From positions 2,432,001-2,496,000 of the forward strand of contig CAXXWQ010000004.1 in NCBI GenBank assembly GCA_963674945.2: DNA of 64,000 nucleotides. The letters are read 5' to 3'. The notes under the pieces were generated by a model that searched no databases, had not been told where the DNA came from, and saw only the letters and a program-made list of their open reading frames with translations. Each line of letters starts with the position of its first letter. Position 1 is the first letter of the stretch. This DNA comes from an uncultured Desulfosarcina sp. (GTDB taxonomy: Bacteria > Desulfobacterota > Desulfobacteria > Desulfobacterales > Desulfosarcinaceae). The position numbers and the translations under genes were made by a program. Shown here piece after piece: positions 50,946 through 61,022 of the stretch.

Positions 50946-51423
50946 ATCGAAGGCACGAATCGTTGGGAACCGATTCATTGCGCAACGGATAACCGGCCAT
51001 GGCCCATTCCGTGGTTCGTTGGCGTCCGTCGATGGTAAAATGGGCCCGCACACTCCACAGATATCGCGTGTCCGGTGCCAGGGACGATGCCATCGGATGG
51101 ACGGTTTCCGCCAATCCATCGCGCGCGTATACCAGCTTTCCCGTTTCGCTGGGAACCGTTCGCCAGACACGCAGCTCGTAGGTGATATTTTCCGGCATGT
51201 GCAACGGATCGAACCGATCCAGGTTCAACGGCTGCCAGCGAAAGGTGGGCATGCGTTCGTCCACCACAACGAAGTCAGCGACCAGGGACAAACTTTTTCT
51301 CACAATCGGCGGATAATCCGGATGCAGTCCGACGAATGCCGGCTTTCCGCAGCCCATGACGATCCATGCAAACGTGCCCATGACGAGAATGCGGGTCGTC
51401 AATCGATTCAGGTGGCAAAGCAC
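50920..51423 (-). CDS. Hypothetical lipoprotein, Fn3-like beta pattern
   Basis: VMGC lipobox-like; PTFRW, YELRV, YLWSVRA. Confidence 0.6.
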   Translation of the reverse strand: MLCHLNRLTTRILVMGTFAWIVMGCGKPAFVGLHPDYPPIVRKSLSLVADFVVVDERMPTFRWQPLNLDRFDPLHMPENITYELRVWRTVPSETGKLVYARDGLAETVHPMASSLAPDTRYLWSVRAHFTIDGRQRTTEWAMAGYPLRNESVPNDSCLRFTTRNTLP

Positions 51424-51432
51424 GTATTTCTC

Positions 51433-52317
51433 CTACTTCCATTCGATGGGGTAAACCCGGAAAAGATCGTCCACGATTTTTTCCGCCAGATCCGGTACAC
51501 ACGACACAAATTCTGCGATCATTTGATTTCCCCCTTGGGCCGACCAGTCACGGAACATTTTCTCTTCATCGCTGGCACAGGTGAAGTGCTCGTCGAGCAA
51601 AACCACATCGTCATCGATGCGAATGAGCCGTACGCGAATTTCCAGAAAAATATCCATGGGTGGATCGATTCGATATTGTCCGCGAAGGCCGGCATGGAGG
51701 AACTGGATGGACAATTTCGTGTCGATGGTGTCGTTTGCCGGAAACGATCGACGCCTATTGGACTGGCTTGCCGTGGCCACTTGGTCTTCGGGCCAGGCGA
51801 CGAATCGCAGATCCGTTCGGAGGTTACCCAATTCGAGCAGGAGCTGAAGAAAATCCTCCCGAAGAGGCATTTGCCGAAGTTCATCCGATGCTTTCAAAAG
51901 CATGGTCTCCGCGTTTTCCACCTCCTGTTCCGGAAGGGCCGTGAATATGCCGTGAACGCCTCCGACCAACGCACCCATGGGGGCAAACAACACGCCCAGT
52001 GCCGTTCCCCCGGGAATCGGCGAGACGAAGCCGAGCATCACCGGAAGGGAGGCCCCGACCAGGACTCCCCTTTTTGCTCCACCCCAAACCCCCTTGGCCG
52101 GCAGCAGGACCCGGTTTTCGGGAAACGCCGAATCGAGATGGACACCCACCGTATGGCATTCGGACCGGATTTTTTCCAGGTCGGTCGGATCCATTGAGTA
52201 AATATGAGGCGATTTCGCACAACCTGCGGCCAATAGAAGCAGTGCGAGCAATGCGGCCGTCCGCATATCCCCACTGTGTGGATTCATGTGGCTTGTTTTG
52301 GAATTCTTCTTTGCCAT
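51433..52317 (-). CDS. Hypothetical lipoprotein
   Basis: AAGC lipobox; glycine-rich hydrophobic segment. Confidence 0.65.
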   Translation of the reverse strand: MAKKNSKTSHMNPHSGDMRTAALLALLLLAAGCAKSPHIYSMDPTDLEKIRSECHTVGVHLDSAFPENRVLLPAKGVWGGAKRGVLVGASLPVMLGFVSPIPGGTALGVLFAPMGALVGGVHGIFTALPEQEVENAETMLLKASDELRQMPLREDFLQLLLELGNLRTDLRFVAWPEDQVATASQSNRRRSFPANDTIDTKLSIQFLHAGLRGQYRIDPPMDIFLEIRVRLIRIDDDVVLLDEHFTCASDEEKMFRDWSAQGGNQMIAEFVSCVPDLAEKIVDDLFRVYPIEWK

Positions 52318-52821
52318 TTCGATCTCACATTAAAAGCCAAATACCGCCATGAGAGCCGAAGTTTGGCCCGCGTTTTATTCTTCCCCAAAACGTAGCGATC
52401 GTCGTCGAAAAACGAGTCGATCCAATCGGCAGCCGACAGCATCATCTCCGAGGAACGATTATGGGTATCGCCGAGTCAACACCTGCTGTATGCCCGATTG
52501 CCATTCACCAATTTCTGATACCCATACCTAATTTTTCGCTGCACGCATCGTCGTATTGGATGAAATCCGCCGTGAGGCAGGAAAGGGATCGTCTGGTCCA
52601 CCGACGGCTTCCCCATTCGTGATGAATTTGACAACAAGTGATTGGCAGAGTATAAAAAAAATGCTATAAAGACGCAAAACATTTCAACAGTTCATAATAC
52701 CGATCCACGCAAGTTCCTTATCCAAATCGAAAGGGGCGAAGCCCAATTTTGTTGATTCGCCCCGAAGTTTTTATCCATCCTTTTGGTTTTCGATGGCTGC
52801 TTTATCATGGCACCATCCATG

Positions 52822-53205
52822 CTAAAAGTTATCCGCTATTCGGAATTGCACTGTGAAGTAAAGGTTCCTGATTCCCAGACGATCCAGCGGGATGATCGCC
52901 GAATGGTCTTTTGATAAACCTGGAGGGAACGATACAGAAATGGGCACCTCGCCTGTAATCAACCATTCACCAGCACACCGATGGCAGTCATAATATCCGA
53001 TGTGTCCATAACCACCACAAGTGGAACAAGGCGCTCGCGCAGGAACCATGATCCTCGCGGCTCCGCCCCGACGGGACTGCTCACTGGTCAGCGGCACTTC
53101 CAAGGTCATATTTTGCATCCGGCCGGATCTGGATGGAACTCCTTTGTCAATATCGGGAGTTGCATTCGATGTAATTTCTAAAATCGCGAAATAGCTTTGG
53201 GCCAT
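52822..53205 (-). pseudogene. Internally deleted DnaJ-like protein
   Basis: AAAGGAGG RBS; J-domain start MAQSYFAILEITSNATPD breaks before the HPD motif and joins a C-terminal part with CSTCGGYG and CHRCAGE. Confidence 0.65.
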
Positions 53206-53408
53206 CATAAACCTCCTTTCCTGTATATCCGTGTCAAGGGGCAACGACGCCGCTATGGCCTGCAACGCATCCTCATCCGCCATGAGGAAATCGAACAGGG
53301 ATTTTTGCTTGATCCCGAACTGGGCGGCCAGAGAACGCAGAAGCGCAATTGTTGTCGGATGCAGTTTGAACGTTGCCCGCACCGATTTCTTTCCCGGCAG
53401 ACCGGGGA

Positions 53409-53492
53409 TGAACTGGATGTCTGCCAGGGTCTTTCCGGCCGTTAATCTAACCGAGGATGCGGAAAACTACTATATCCGGGCCGAACTGCCGC
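53409..53492 (+). pseudogene. Hsp20 internal fragment
   Basis: SARVFPAVNLTEDAENYYIRAELP matches the start of the alpha-crystallin domain. Confidence 0.7.
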
Positions 53493-53756
53493 CGAATATC
53501 CACTTTTTCATTCCAGGCAATCTGATGTTCATCCATGACGTTTTCCTGTCTGATGGTTTTGGTGTTGCACAGTATCTGATTTGCATTTCGCTACTGCATA
53601 TCATACACTGAGTCACCAACCTGAGAGGAGCGTTTCAATTTTTTTTGAAAGAATAAAATATCTTGTAATACTAAAATGATGGCTCAATTCCTACCTCGAA
53701 CATGTGAAACGCTTCGCTCAGGTTAACGTAACTCATATGGATTTGGAAAGTCGGAT

Positions 53757-54299
53757 ATGATCCTTGCCGTGGACGTGCATTACAAAGGCAACTGTGCTGC
53801 TATCGGCGGCGTTACCTTCGCAAAATGGTCTTCAGCGGGTGAAGAGTCCACCTACTTGAGTCGCATGACCGGAATCAAAGACTATATGCCTGGCGCGTTC
53901 TTTCGCAGAGAACTGCCCTGTATCCTTCATCTCCTCTCGGAGCATTCACTAACACCAGACACGATCGTGGTGGATGGTTTCGTGTTTCTCGATGGACTTA
54001 CTACACCGGGATTGGGCAAGCACCTGTTTGACGCCCTTGGCCATAGAGTACCTGTTGTCGGAGTCGCCAAGAGCAGATTCGCCGCAGCCCCGGAAGATAT
54101 CAAGTTGTATCGAGGAAGGAGTAAGACACCACTGTATGTAACAAGCGTGGGAATCCCATCGGTCGAAGCAAGACAATGCATCCTGTCCATGCATGGACGG
54201 TATCGCATACCTTTCATGTTGAAAATGGCAGACCAGGTGTCGAGAATGATTGCGCCAACATCAGGTGGATCGCTGGCACTGTGTTGTTCCCAAAATTAG
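53757..54299 (+). CDS. Endonuclease V-like protein
   Basis: LAVDVHY, YMPGAFFRRELP, VVDG, GLGKHL, VGVAKS. Confidence 0.85.
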   Translation: MILAVDVHYKGNCAAIGGVTFAKWSSAGEESTYLSRMTGIKDYMPGAFFRRELPCILHLLSEHSLTPDTIVVDGFVFLDGLTTPGLGKHLFDALGHRVPVVGVAKSRFAAAPEDIKLYRGRSKTPLYVTSVGIPSVEARQCILSMHGRYRIPFMLKMADQVSRMIAPTSGGSLALCCSQN

Positions 54300-54412
54300 G
54301 GACACCTGTTTCAAGCGGGCGTCAACCGGTTTATCGATCCCTCAATCATGGGGAAAAGACAACAATGAATAATCTTCTTCAATATTAACAGGTTACTGAT
54401 TGGAACGCTGGT

Positions 54413-56680
54413 TTGTACAATCTCAAATTCCACGCTTCGTTGAAGGTAAAGTGGGTCATCGTTCTGGTGGTGGATTTTTTTTTACTGATCGCTGCGGCTT
54501 TTCCGGTGCAGGCCGATCCTCCGCCGGCACGTCCGGATGATCCCCAGCGACCGAGACTCGGGCTGGTGCTTTCCGGTGGCGGTGCCCTTGGATATGCGCA
54601 CATCGGTGTGCTTCGCGTATTAGAAGAACTGCATGTGCCAATTGACTGTGTGGTGGGAACGAGTATGGGTGCCCTGGTGGGCGGTGCCTATGCCGCAGGT
54701 ATCAGCCCTGCACACATGCAACAACTTATCTCCGAAACCGATATCGGTGCGCTTTTCGATGACGATCCGCCTCGTTCCGAAATTGCTCAATCCATCAAAC
54801 AAGACGACTTCAAGCCGTTGTTCGATCTATCTTTAGGATTTAACAAAGGGAAAATTGAACTACCCTTTGGCGCATCGGCCGGATACAAGTTTGAATTGTT
54901 TCTCAAGGAACTAATCGGCCTTCGTTCATCCATGTCGAATATTCATTTTGATGACATGCCCATACCCTATCGTGCAATCGCCACTGATCTGGGGACCGGT
55001 GCGATGATGGTATTTGACCACGGCGATTTAACCAAAGTCATGCGTGCAAGCATGTCACTGCCCGGTCTCGTTTCTCCAATCGAAATCGATGACCACCTAT
55101 ACGTCGATGGCGGACTGGTAAACAATCTGCCAATCGATGTGGGACGGAGTTTGTGCGGTGAGATAATCATTGCCGTTAATTTGGGAACGAAGCCCAAATC
55201 CAAGGATGAGATCAAAAATTCGCTCGATGTTGCCATGCAATCCATCGTGTTGTTGACAGAACAAAATGTAACGGCTTCACTTGCCGAACTGACGGATCGT
55301 GATATTCTCATTTCTCCCAATCTCAATGGATTCGAATCCTCGGATTTCTCCAAACCGCAGCAAATCATTGAACGCGGCGTTGAGGCCGCAATGGCGAATA
55401 AAAAAAAGCTTTCCAGGTTGGCAGTGTCCCCAATTGAATATCAGCGTTGGCTGGCGGCACATCAACCCGAACAAATGCCACCCGTAACGATCGACAAAAT
55501 CGATGTGAAAGCATCTGATGAAGTTAGTGCAAAAGCCGTAGAACGAGATATTAAAACAAGCACCGGTGAAGATTTCGATATGAATCGTTTGCATAAGGAT
55601 ATCGTCGATATCTATGGTCGTGGCGATTTTTCCTATGTCGGATATTCCGCCATTGCTTCAGATGATGCGGTCGATATCGTTATCGAAGCCCAACGCAAGC
55701 CGTGGGGACCTGGTTACCTGAAATTTGGTTTCGATATGGCAACGGATTTCAACAGTCCGACACAATTCAACCTGGCGGCAAGCTATCGCCGAACCTGGCT
55801 GAATTCCCTCGGCGCGGAATTGCGAACCGATGTACAAATCGGTTATGACTCTTTGATTGATATTGAATTTTTTCAGCCCTTGCAGATTCGAGATGGTGCT
55901 TTTGTTTCGCCCTATTTCTTTGCAAGACGCAATTCGGTACAATTCTACATAGAAGATGATCGCTTGGGCGATGTTGATGTACAGCGGATGCAGCTCGGCC
56001 TTGATGTGGGCATTACCGGAAGTTTTGGTGAAATGAGAATCGGTGGTTATGGCAATTACATTGACAGCAATCCTGATCTTGGCATCTTGAATGTTGCCCT
56101 GGAAGAGGAGCAGGTCTACCAGACGGGCTTCTCAGTCTCGGGCCAATATGACCAGCTTGACAGCAGCGTTTTTCCCCGCTCGGGGATATATGCCGAAACT
56201 GAAATTCGCAAAGCATACCAAAGCGGGGACGTCTCCGAAGGGTACACAAGAGCGCAACTGACCATCACCGGAGCCAAGAGCTTTGGAGAAAATACACTCA
56301 ATGGATATGTTGGATGGGGAGAATTATTGGGTGGTGTGGAGAACCTGTCCATTTATGATACCTTTTCCCTTGGCGGCCCCAGTCGGCTTTCCGGCTTGTA
56401 TCTGGATCAGTTAACCGGATCCCGGTACAATCTCGCTGTACTCAGATATTATCGGCGGTTCGCAAGCCTGCCACCACAATTGGGGCGCGGTTTATACTTC
56501 GGAGGTTCCCTGGAATCAGGGAGAATCAATGATGATCTTATGGAAGATCCATGGAGTTGGGTTACGGCAGGCGGCATCTTCCTGGGCGCCGACACCTTCC
56601 TTGGTGGCTTTTATTTGGGTTACGGGTATGCGAGCCTGGGACAAGGATCGTTTTATATGGTATTCGGTCCACAATTTTAA
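54413..56680 (+). CDS. Patatin-like phospholipase with POTRA and beta-barrel domains (PlpD-like); start uncertain
   Basis: LSGGGALG, GTSMG, DGG; barrel ending in Phe. Confidence 0.88.
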   Translation: MYNLKFHASLKVKWVIVLVVDFFLLIAAAFPVQADPPPARPDDPQRPRLGLVLSGGGALGYAHIGVLRVLEELHVPIDCVVGTSMGALVGGAYAAGISPAHMQQLISETDIGALFDDDPPRSEIAQSIKQDDFKPLFDLSLGFNKGKIELPFGASAGYKFELFLKELIGLRSSMSNIHFDDMPIPYRAIATDLGTGAMMVFDHGDLTKVMRASMSLPGLVSPIEIDDHLYVDGGLVNNLPIDVGRSLCGEIIIAVNLGTKPKSKDEIKNSLDVAMQSIVLLTEQNVTASLAELTDRDILISPNLNGFESSDFSKPQQIIERGVEAAMANKKKLSRLAVSPIEYQRWLAAHQPEQMPPVTIDKIDVKASDEVSAKAVERDIKTSTGEDFDMNRLHKDIVDIYGRGDFSYVGYSAIASDDAVDIVIEAQRKPWGPGYLKFGFDMATDFNSPTQFNLAASYRRTWLNSLGAELRTDVQIGYDSLIDIEFFQPLQIRDGAFVSPYFFARRNSVQFYIEDDRLGDVDVQRMQLGLDVGITGSFGEMRIGGYGNYIDSNPDLGILNVALEEEQVYQTGFSVSGQYDQLDSSVFPRSGIYAETEIRKAYQSGDVSEGYTRAQLTITGAKSFGENTLNGYVGWGELLGGVENLSIYDTFSLGGPSRLSGLYLDQLTGSRYNLAVLRYYRRFASLPPQLGRGLYFGGSLESGRINDDLMEDPWSWVTAGGIFLGADTFLGGFYLGYGYASLGQGSFYMVFGPQF

Positions 56681-57140
56681 AGATCGATCATATGGAAGGG
56701 ATATCGTAGTTGATAACATGCGAGATCTGAGTAACATCTTTACCGCGAGCTGCGATATCGGCCCGATTCAATTTCTGAGTCTGCCGATAAATTCCCACAC
56801 CACCATAAGTAGCCACGCTTCTGACGCGAGTATGCTGCCCAAGTATTTTAATTGTTTGATGCTATTTTCGGATAATAGATTGAATTTATGCGAGCAATAT
56901 AAATTTAAGCGAAATTTCAATGATTTAGCTTGATTTCTGTGTGAAATATGACTATATTGTGCATATTCAATCAAGTCCTGCCCCTATTTAGTCTTCGGGA
57001 CGGTTCCTTTCTGAAGGAAAACTTCCATTTGTAAAAATGGCTCCCTCCAGTTTGCGACATTGAATTTCTTGCCCTGATAGTAAAGAAGACTCTTTTTCTA
57101 TCTTCAGCTATTATTATTTCAACCGAAAGGGAGGTAACAA

Positions 57141-57494
57141 ATGCGCCAGAAATATTTAATTTCCCGAAATTTAGAAAGAAAAGAATTGAGAATTATGGAA
57201 TATGCTGTCCTTAATAAGGATTTGAAAAATGTCGCTTCAGAAAATTTGCGGAAGGATAGTTACTCATTACTTGCCAGAGAAACATATGAAAGTGAAACAA
57301 TTGTCGCATCCATTTCCCGTGGAAACACTGCTCTGGTTGAAACGCTCCGCACGCAAAACATTTTTCCCATTAGCCCATATGCCAGCAAAATAGCTGAAAC
57401 AATTAGAGAACTATATGACCTCTCCGAAGATGCCACAATGGAATTGTTTTTTGACGACATGGATTTAATCTCTATTGAGCAAAACGTTGAATGA
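57141..57494 (+). CDS. Hypothetical protein
   Basis: Strong GGGAGGT RBS, 117-aa ORF. Confidence 0.7.
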   Translation: MRQKYLISRNLERKELRIMEYAVLNKDLKNVASENLRKDSYSLLARETYESETIVASISRGNTALVETLRTQNIFPISPYASKIAETIRELYDLSEDATMELFFDDMDLISIEQNVE

Positions 57495-57541
57495 TTGACA
57501 TTCAAAATACTGTCTTGCCATCTTTGGCCTGGAAAAGCTTT

Positions 57542-57755
57542 TTAGTGGGCCGTTTTCCTCCCTAAACCCGCCTGTGCTGTAGGGGCATCCAGCAGTTTCC
57601 TATCCCGTTCGTAAATATCCGGGCGAAAGGTAACGACGCCTTGCGCATCGACCGAGACCGTACCGTAGAACAAAATGACTGGAAACGAATCGTTCAGATG
57701 GATTCGTTTTGTTTCACCGGATTGCAACAGCGCCCGGAGACGATCATCCGACGCC
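57542..57755 (-). pseudogene. C-terminal remnant of a YcbB-like L,D-transpeptidase
   Basis: PVILFYGTVSVDAQGVVTFRPDIYERD tail motif without the catalytic His/Cys. Confidence 0.6.
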
Positions 57756-57886
57756 TGACCATCGATTCGATGCCTGTCTTGAAATCGACAGGTGAGGAAG
57801 ATGTCGCCCATCGATTTTTTGAAAAACATCGAAAAGCGGCCGGAATCATGGTGGCTATAGCACGAATTCCGAAAGTTGCGTAATGA

Positions 57887-58735
57887 CTATTTCCCTTCGT
57901 GCGTATCGGCAGGGCGATGAAATGCGCCGTGACGCAGAAAATAGACGGTCTGGGCCGCAATCTCTTTTTCTTTCATGATGAACGGATGGGAAAAGGGCAG
58001 TTCCAAAAAATCGGCCATCCCCTCCACCTTTGCCCGTTCTACGGAAACCTTGCCATCGTCTTCCCCGGGAATTTTCCCGGCAAACCAGGCATCGAACATG
58101 GCATGCGTGTTGCCGGTAATCACACCCACCGGGTAGTCGACCGCTCCCAGGCCGGCGATAAAGCTGTCCGGACCGGTACCCAGCTGCTGTCCGGCCGGGC
58201 CGTTATACCATTGGTAAAGGGGGTTGTCCTTGAGTGCGTCGGCGATCTCGCTGCCCTGGTTTGGCGGGCTGAGCATGACCACCCGCCCGAGAGTCTCAAT
58301 GGGACGCCGGGTCAGGTAAAAGCGTACCAGGATACCGCCCATGGAGTGGGTCACGAAATGGATTTTTTGCACATTCTTTGCTTGGCATTGTTCGATTCCC
58401 CGGGGAATGACATCCATGGCAAGTGTTTCAACAGAATCGTCACGGGAGGGGTAATCCAGGTTGACCGTATCGAAACCGGCCTTCTCCAGCGCTTCGGCCA
58501 ATTCCGCCATTGAATCGGCGGTGCGCCCTAATCCATGAAGCAGGATGACACATTCGGTATTCGCTTTGCATTCCGGACCGTCGGCCTCTAGCGGAAAGGC
58601 TGACAGTACTGTAATGAGAAACGTCCATGGCAGAAACAAAACAATCTTTTGAAAATCGAAACGAACGATACTCTTTTGAATCTGCAATTGTCCCAGTGCC
58701 TTGTCGATCGCTTGCATTTTAAGGAACTCGTTCAT
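57887..58735 (-). CDS. Alpha/beta hydrolase (lipase/esterase); start uncertain
   Basis: LLHGLGR, THSMGG, PPNQGS, DDGKVS, SHPF. Confidence 0.88.
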   Translation of the reverse strand: MNEFLKMQAIDKALGQLQIQKSIVRFDFQKIVLFLPWTFLITVLSAFPLEADGPECKANTECVILLHGLGRTADSMAELAEALEKAGFDTVNLDYPSRDDSVETLAMDVIPRGIEQCQAKNVQKIHFVTHSMGGILVRFYLTRRPIETLGRVVMLSPPNQGSEIADALKDNPLYQWYNGPAGQQLGTGPDSFIAGLGAVDYPVGVITGNTHAMFDAWFAGKIPGEDDGKVSVERAKVEGMADFLELPFSHPFIMKEKEIAAQTVYFLRHGAFHRPADTHEGK

Positions 58736-58865
58736 TATTCCAATTCAAAAGGACTTTTTCATAAAAAGTGTTTCCCTCGTCTTCGTCTGTCTGCGAAGAA
58801 AATACTAACGCGTTTCTTGCATGCGATTGTATGGCCATATTTGGCATGGAAACGCTTTCTATATT

Positions 58866-59033
58866 CTATAACGGTACGACCCACCAAATACACGCAAAAA
58901 TCACCGCCAGACCGAAAAGAGCGCCGACTGTGGCGGGTTTGCGTTTGGCATGCAGTTTTCTGCGGTTGCTTTTCATAATCAAGGCCAATCGTGCCGGGTT
59001 CTGATCATAGGGAGATGCGATGGTGCTTATCAT
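58866..59033 (-). CDS. 55-aa protein with a basic middle and C-terminal TM helix
   Basis: AAAGGAG RBS; MISTIASPYDQNPARLALIMKSNRRKLHAKRKPATVGALFGLAVIFACIWWVVPL. Confidence 0.65.
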   Translation of the reverse strand: MISTIASPYDQNPARLALIMKSNRRKLHAKRKPATVGALFGLAVIFACIWWVVPL

Positions 59034-59055
59034 TGTTTTGCTCCTTTGGCTTGAA

Positions 59056-60711
59056 CCTGAATCAGTGGCCTAATTTTTGCTGTTAGGATTGGCGCGGGGC
59101 GATTGCCTCACACACCATCATTTGTTGATAATTTTTCTCACTATTTTCAAATTTCGAAGGAATTTTGCTCCTGTTTCTCATTCTTTAGCCATAGCAAATC
59201 ACCAAGCAAATGCCTGTAAAATTGTTCTTTTAAAAATTATAGCTACTTCATAGCGGAAAGCAAATTCAGACGAAGATAAATCCGATCCATCAGTTTGGAA
59301 AATGGATTGAGTTGGCCAAAGGATATGTACCATTTTCTACTTCTGGTTACTAATCGACCGGCCATATACATCAAGTCCTGCATGACTGTCCGGATTCGAC
59401 GCCGGGTAACTTTCTTCCGGCGTATACCGGGCAATTCAGTCGGATCACTCTCTTCGATGCTGATTTGTCCGATAATCCGTAGCATGTTGTACGTCAGCAT
59501 CGCCAAATGAAGAATCAAGCTATTGGTGGAAAAATGACCGCTCGGCAAGCGCTCCAGGCCCATGTCGGATTTGAGTTCGGAGTGAAACTGCTCGCTGGTA
59601 CCGTGATCGTGATAAAGTCGAATCACCTCATCCGGTGGCAACTGTGCGAGGCTGCACCAATAGGTATCGATCTGATACTCGGGGAACAGCAGTACTTGGC
59701 CCTTTTTGGTATGCCTTTCGGTAACCTCAAAGATGATTGGGTAGCGCAATGGATTGCCGTTGATGTCTTCAATCGTCTTTCCGATCCATACACATTTTCC
59801 TGAGCGGCAATGCTGTTGCTTGCCGGATTTTTTTGCCAGATCAACCCACTTTTGAACAGATTCTCTACGCAAATTGCGTTTGATGATAAAGTGGACATTC
59901 TTTCGTGAATCGTCAGGAAAGTTGTCTTGACTGTCGTTTCCTGAATCCAACCTCATCAAAATAGGCTGATCGGTAATTTGCCTGGCATAATCCAAGGTGG
60001 CGTTGATAAATTCGGGGGTGTTTTTCTGGCAGTGTTGTTTTCCTTCTCTGAACTCAAGATTCACCAGATACCCCTCGGTGCCCAGGTAGGCAAAGATCGG
60101 AGCGAAGCCATCCGTGCCTTTGTAGGTTCTGGAAACGCCTTCCTTTTGAGTCTTTGAGTTGTCAAACGGACTCACATCCATATCCAAAGGAAGGAAATCA
60201 CCCGCACTGGTTTGGATGGGTGAAATCGCCGGAGCGCAGGATCGAACCAAATCAACGCCTGCATCCTTAATCAGCTTATCGGCTTGGTTGCCGATCAAAT
60301 CGATTCGCTGACGCAATGTCGGGCTTGACGGGCATGCACGATTGCCAATGGCCTTGTTGAAAAATTCTTGCTTCTCACGAAAAATCTCGATCGCATCGTA
60401 ATCAGGTTTACCAATACTCATGAGAGCAATCATCGAAGCTAAAATGTCACCATGAGAAATTTTCGGGTCTACACAATGGACGCCGTTGATCTTTTCGAAA
60501 CGGAACCTGAAATTTATCGCATCAAGTAATGCGCCGATATTGATCAATCCGCTATGACTGGCAAGTTTTTCCATCTCGTGTTTTATGGTGATCGGACGCC
60601 GCATTGATTTCACCTCCGAAGTGAGCGTTTAGTGCCCTAATATTACCATAATATATATGTTTTATCAATTGGTTATAGTGTTTTAATCAGGTTTTGTGCC
60701 ACGGAAACAGG
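59056..60711 (-). mobile_element. IS1380-family insertion sequence with 5-bp target duplication TTGAA
   Basis: Ends CCTGAATCAGTGGC and (reverse complement) CCTGTTTCCGTGGC; TTGAA at 59051-59055 and 60712-60716. Confidence 0.9.
59243..60604 (-). CDS. IS1380-family DDE transposase
   Basis: LDMDVS, MRLDSG, YHDHGTSEQFHSELK, LPSGHFSTN; GGAGGT RBS. Confidence 0.92.
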   Translation of the reverse strand: MRRPITIKHEMEKLASHSGLINIGALLDAINFRFRFEKINGVHCVDPKISHGDILASMIALMSIGKPDYDAIEIFREKQEFFNKAIGNRACPSSPTLRQRIDLIGNQADKLIKDAGVDLVRSCAPAISPIQTSAGDFLPLDMDVSPFDNSKTQKEGVSRTYKGTDGFAPIFAYLGTEGYLVNLEFREGKQHCQKNTPEFINATLDYARQITDQPILMRLDSGNDSQDNFPDDSRKNVHFIIKRNLRRESVQKWVDLAKKSGKQQHCRSGKCVWIGKTIEDINGNPLRYPIIFEVTERHTKKGQVLLFPEYQIDTYWCSLAQLPPDEVIRLYHDHGTSEQFHSELKSDMGLERLPSGHFSTNSLILHLAMLTYNMLRIIGQISIEESDPTELPGIRRKKVTRRRIRTVMQDLMYMAGRLVTRSRKWYISFGQLNPFSKLMDRIYLRLNLLSAMK

Positions 60712-60772
60712 TTGAAGTAAAAACGTGGCTTCAGGTTTCATTCCTTGATTTGCGGAATTTGATGGTTGACAA

Positions 60773-60788
60773 TACAAGGAGCATGCCA
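60773..60788 (-). promoter_or_regulatory. Sigma54-like promoter (-12 GC replaced by GT)
   Basis: TGGCATGCTCCTTGTA with correct -24/-12 spacing. Confidence 0.55.
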
Positions 60789-60954
60789 CGGTTTTTTTCC
60801 AAATCCAAAACGAGCATAACTATTTGAAATTCTGATTAATATTACCATTGTGCGTCAAGAGGGGGCAATGGAGGCAGAAGAAACGGGATGAGGAATCGCG
60901 ACTGTTTTGGCGCCCTCCCAACATTAACCTGCTGAATTCATATGAAATATAAAA

Positions 60955-60974
60955 GTACGCCAATATTGGCATAC
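60955..60974. promoter_or_regulatory. Palindromic putative enhancer site
   Basis: GTACGCCAAT-ATTGGCATAC (one mismatch); related GCGACTGTTTTGGCGC near 60898-60913. Confidence 0.5.
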
Positions 60975-61022
60975 TTCAAGCCATTATGGTCTTGTGCGAA
61001 TTTTGCTATGTGGGCATTTCGT

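Noticed and set aside
53705..54300. Integron cassette (attC) origin for the EndoV-like gene
   Set aside because: Only vague fragments (CGCTTCGCTC, CCAAC); no paired R-box/L-box structure could be built
58844..58860. TTGGCATGGAAACGC as a sigma54 promoter
   Set aside because: Spacing is N9 and there is no plus-strand gene downstream
59170..59177. CCTGTTTC as the IS1380 right end
   Set aside because: Only an 8-bp match and no target duplication; the end at 59056 gives a longer match plus TTGAA
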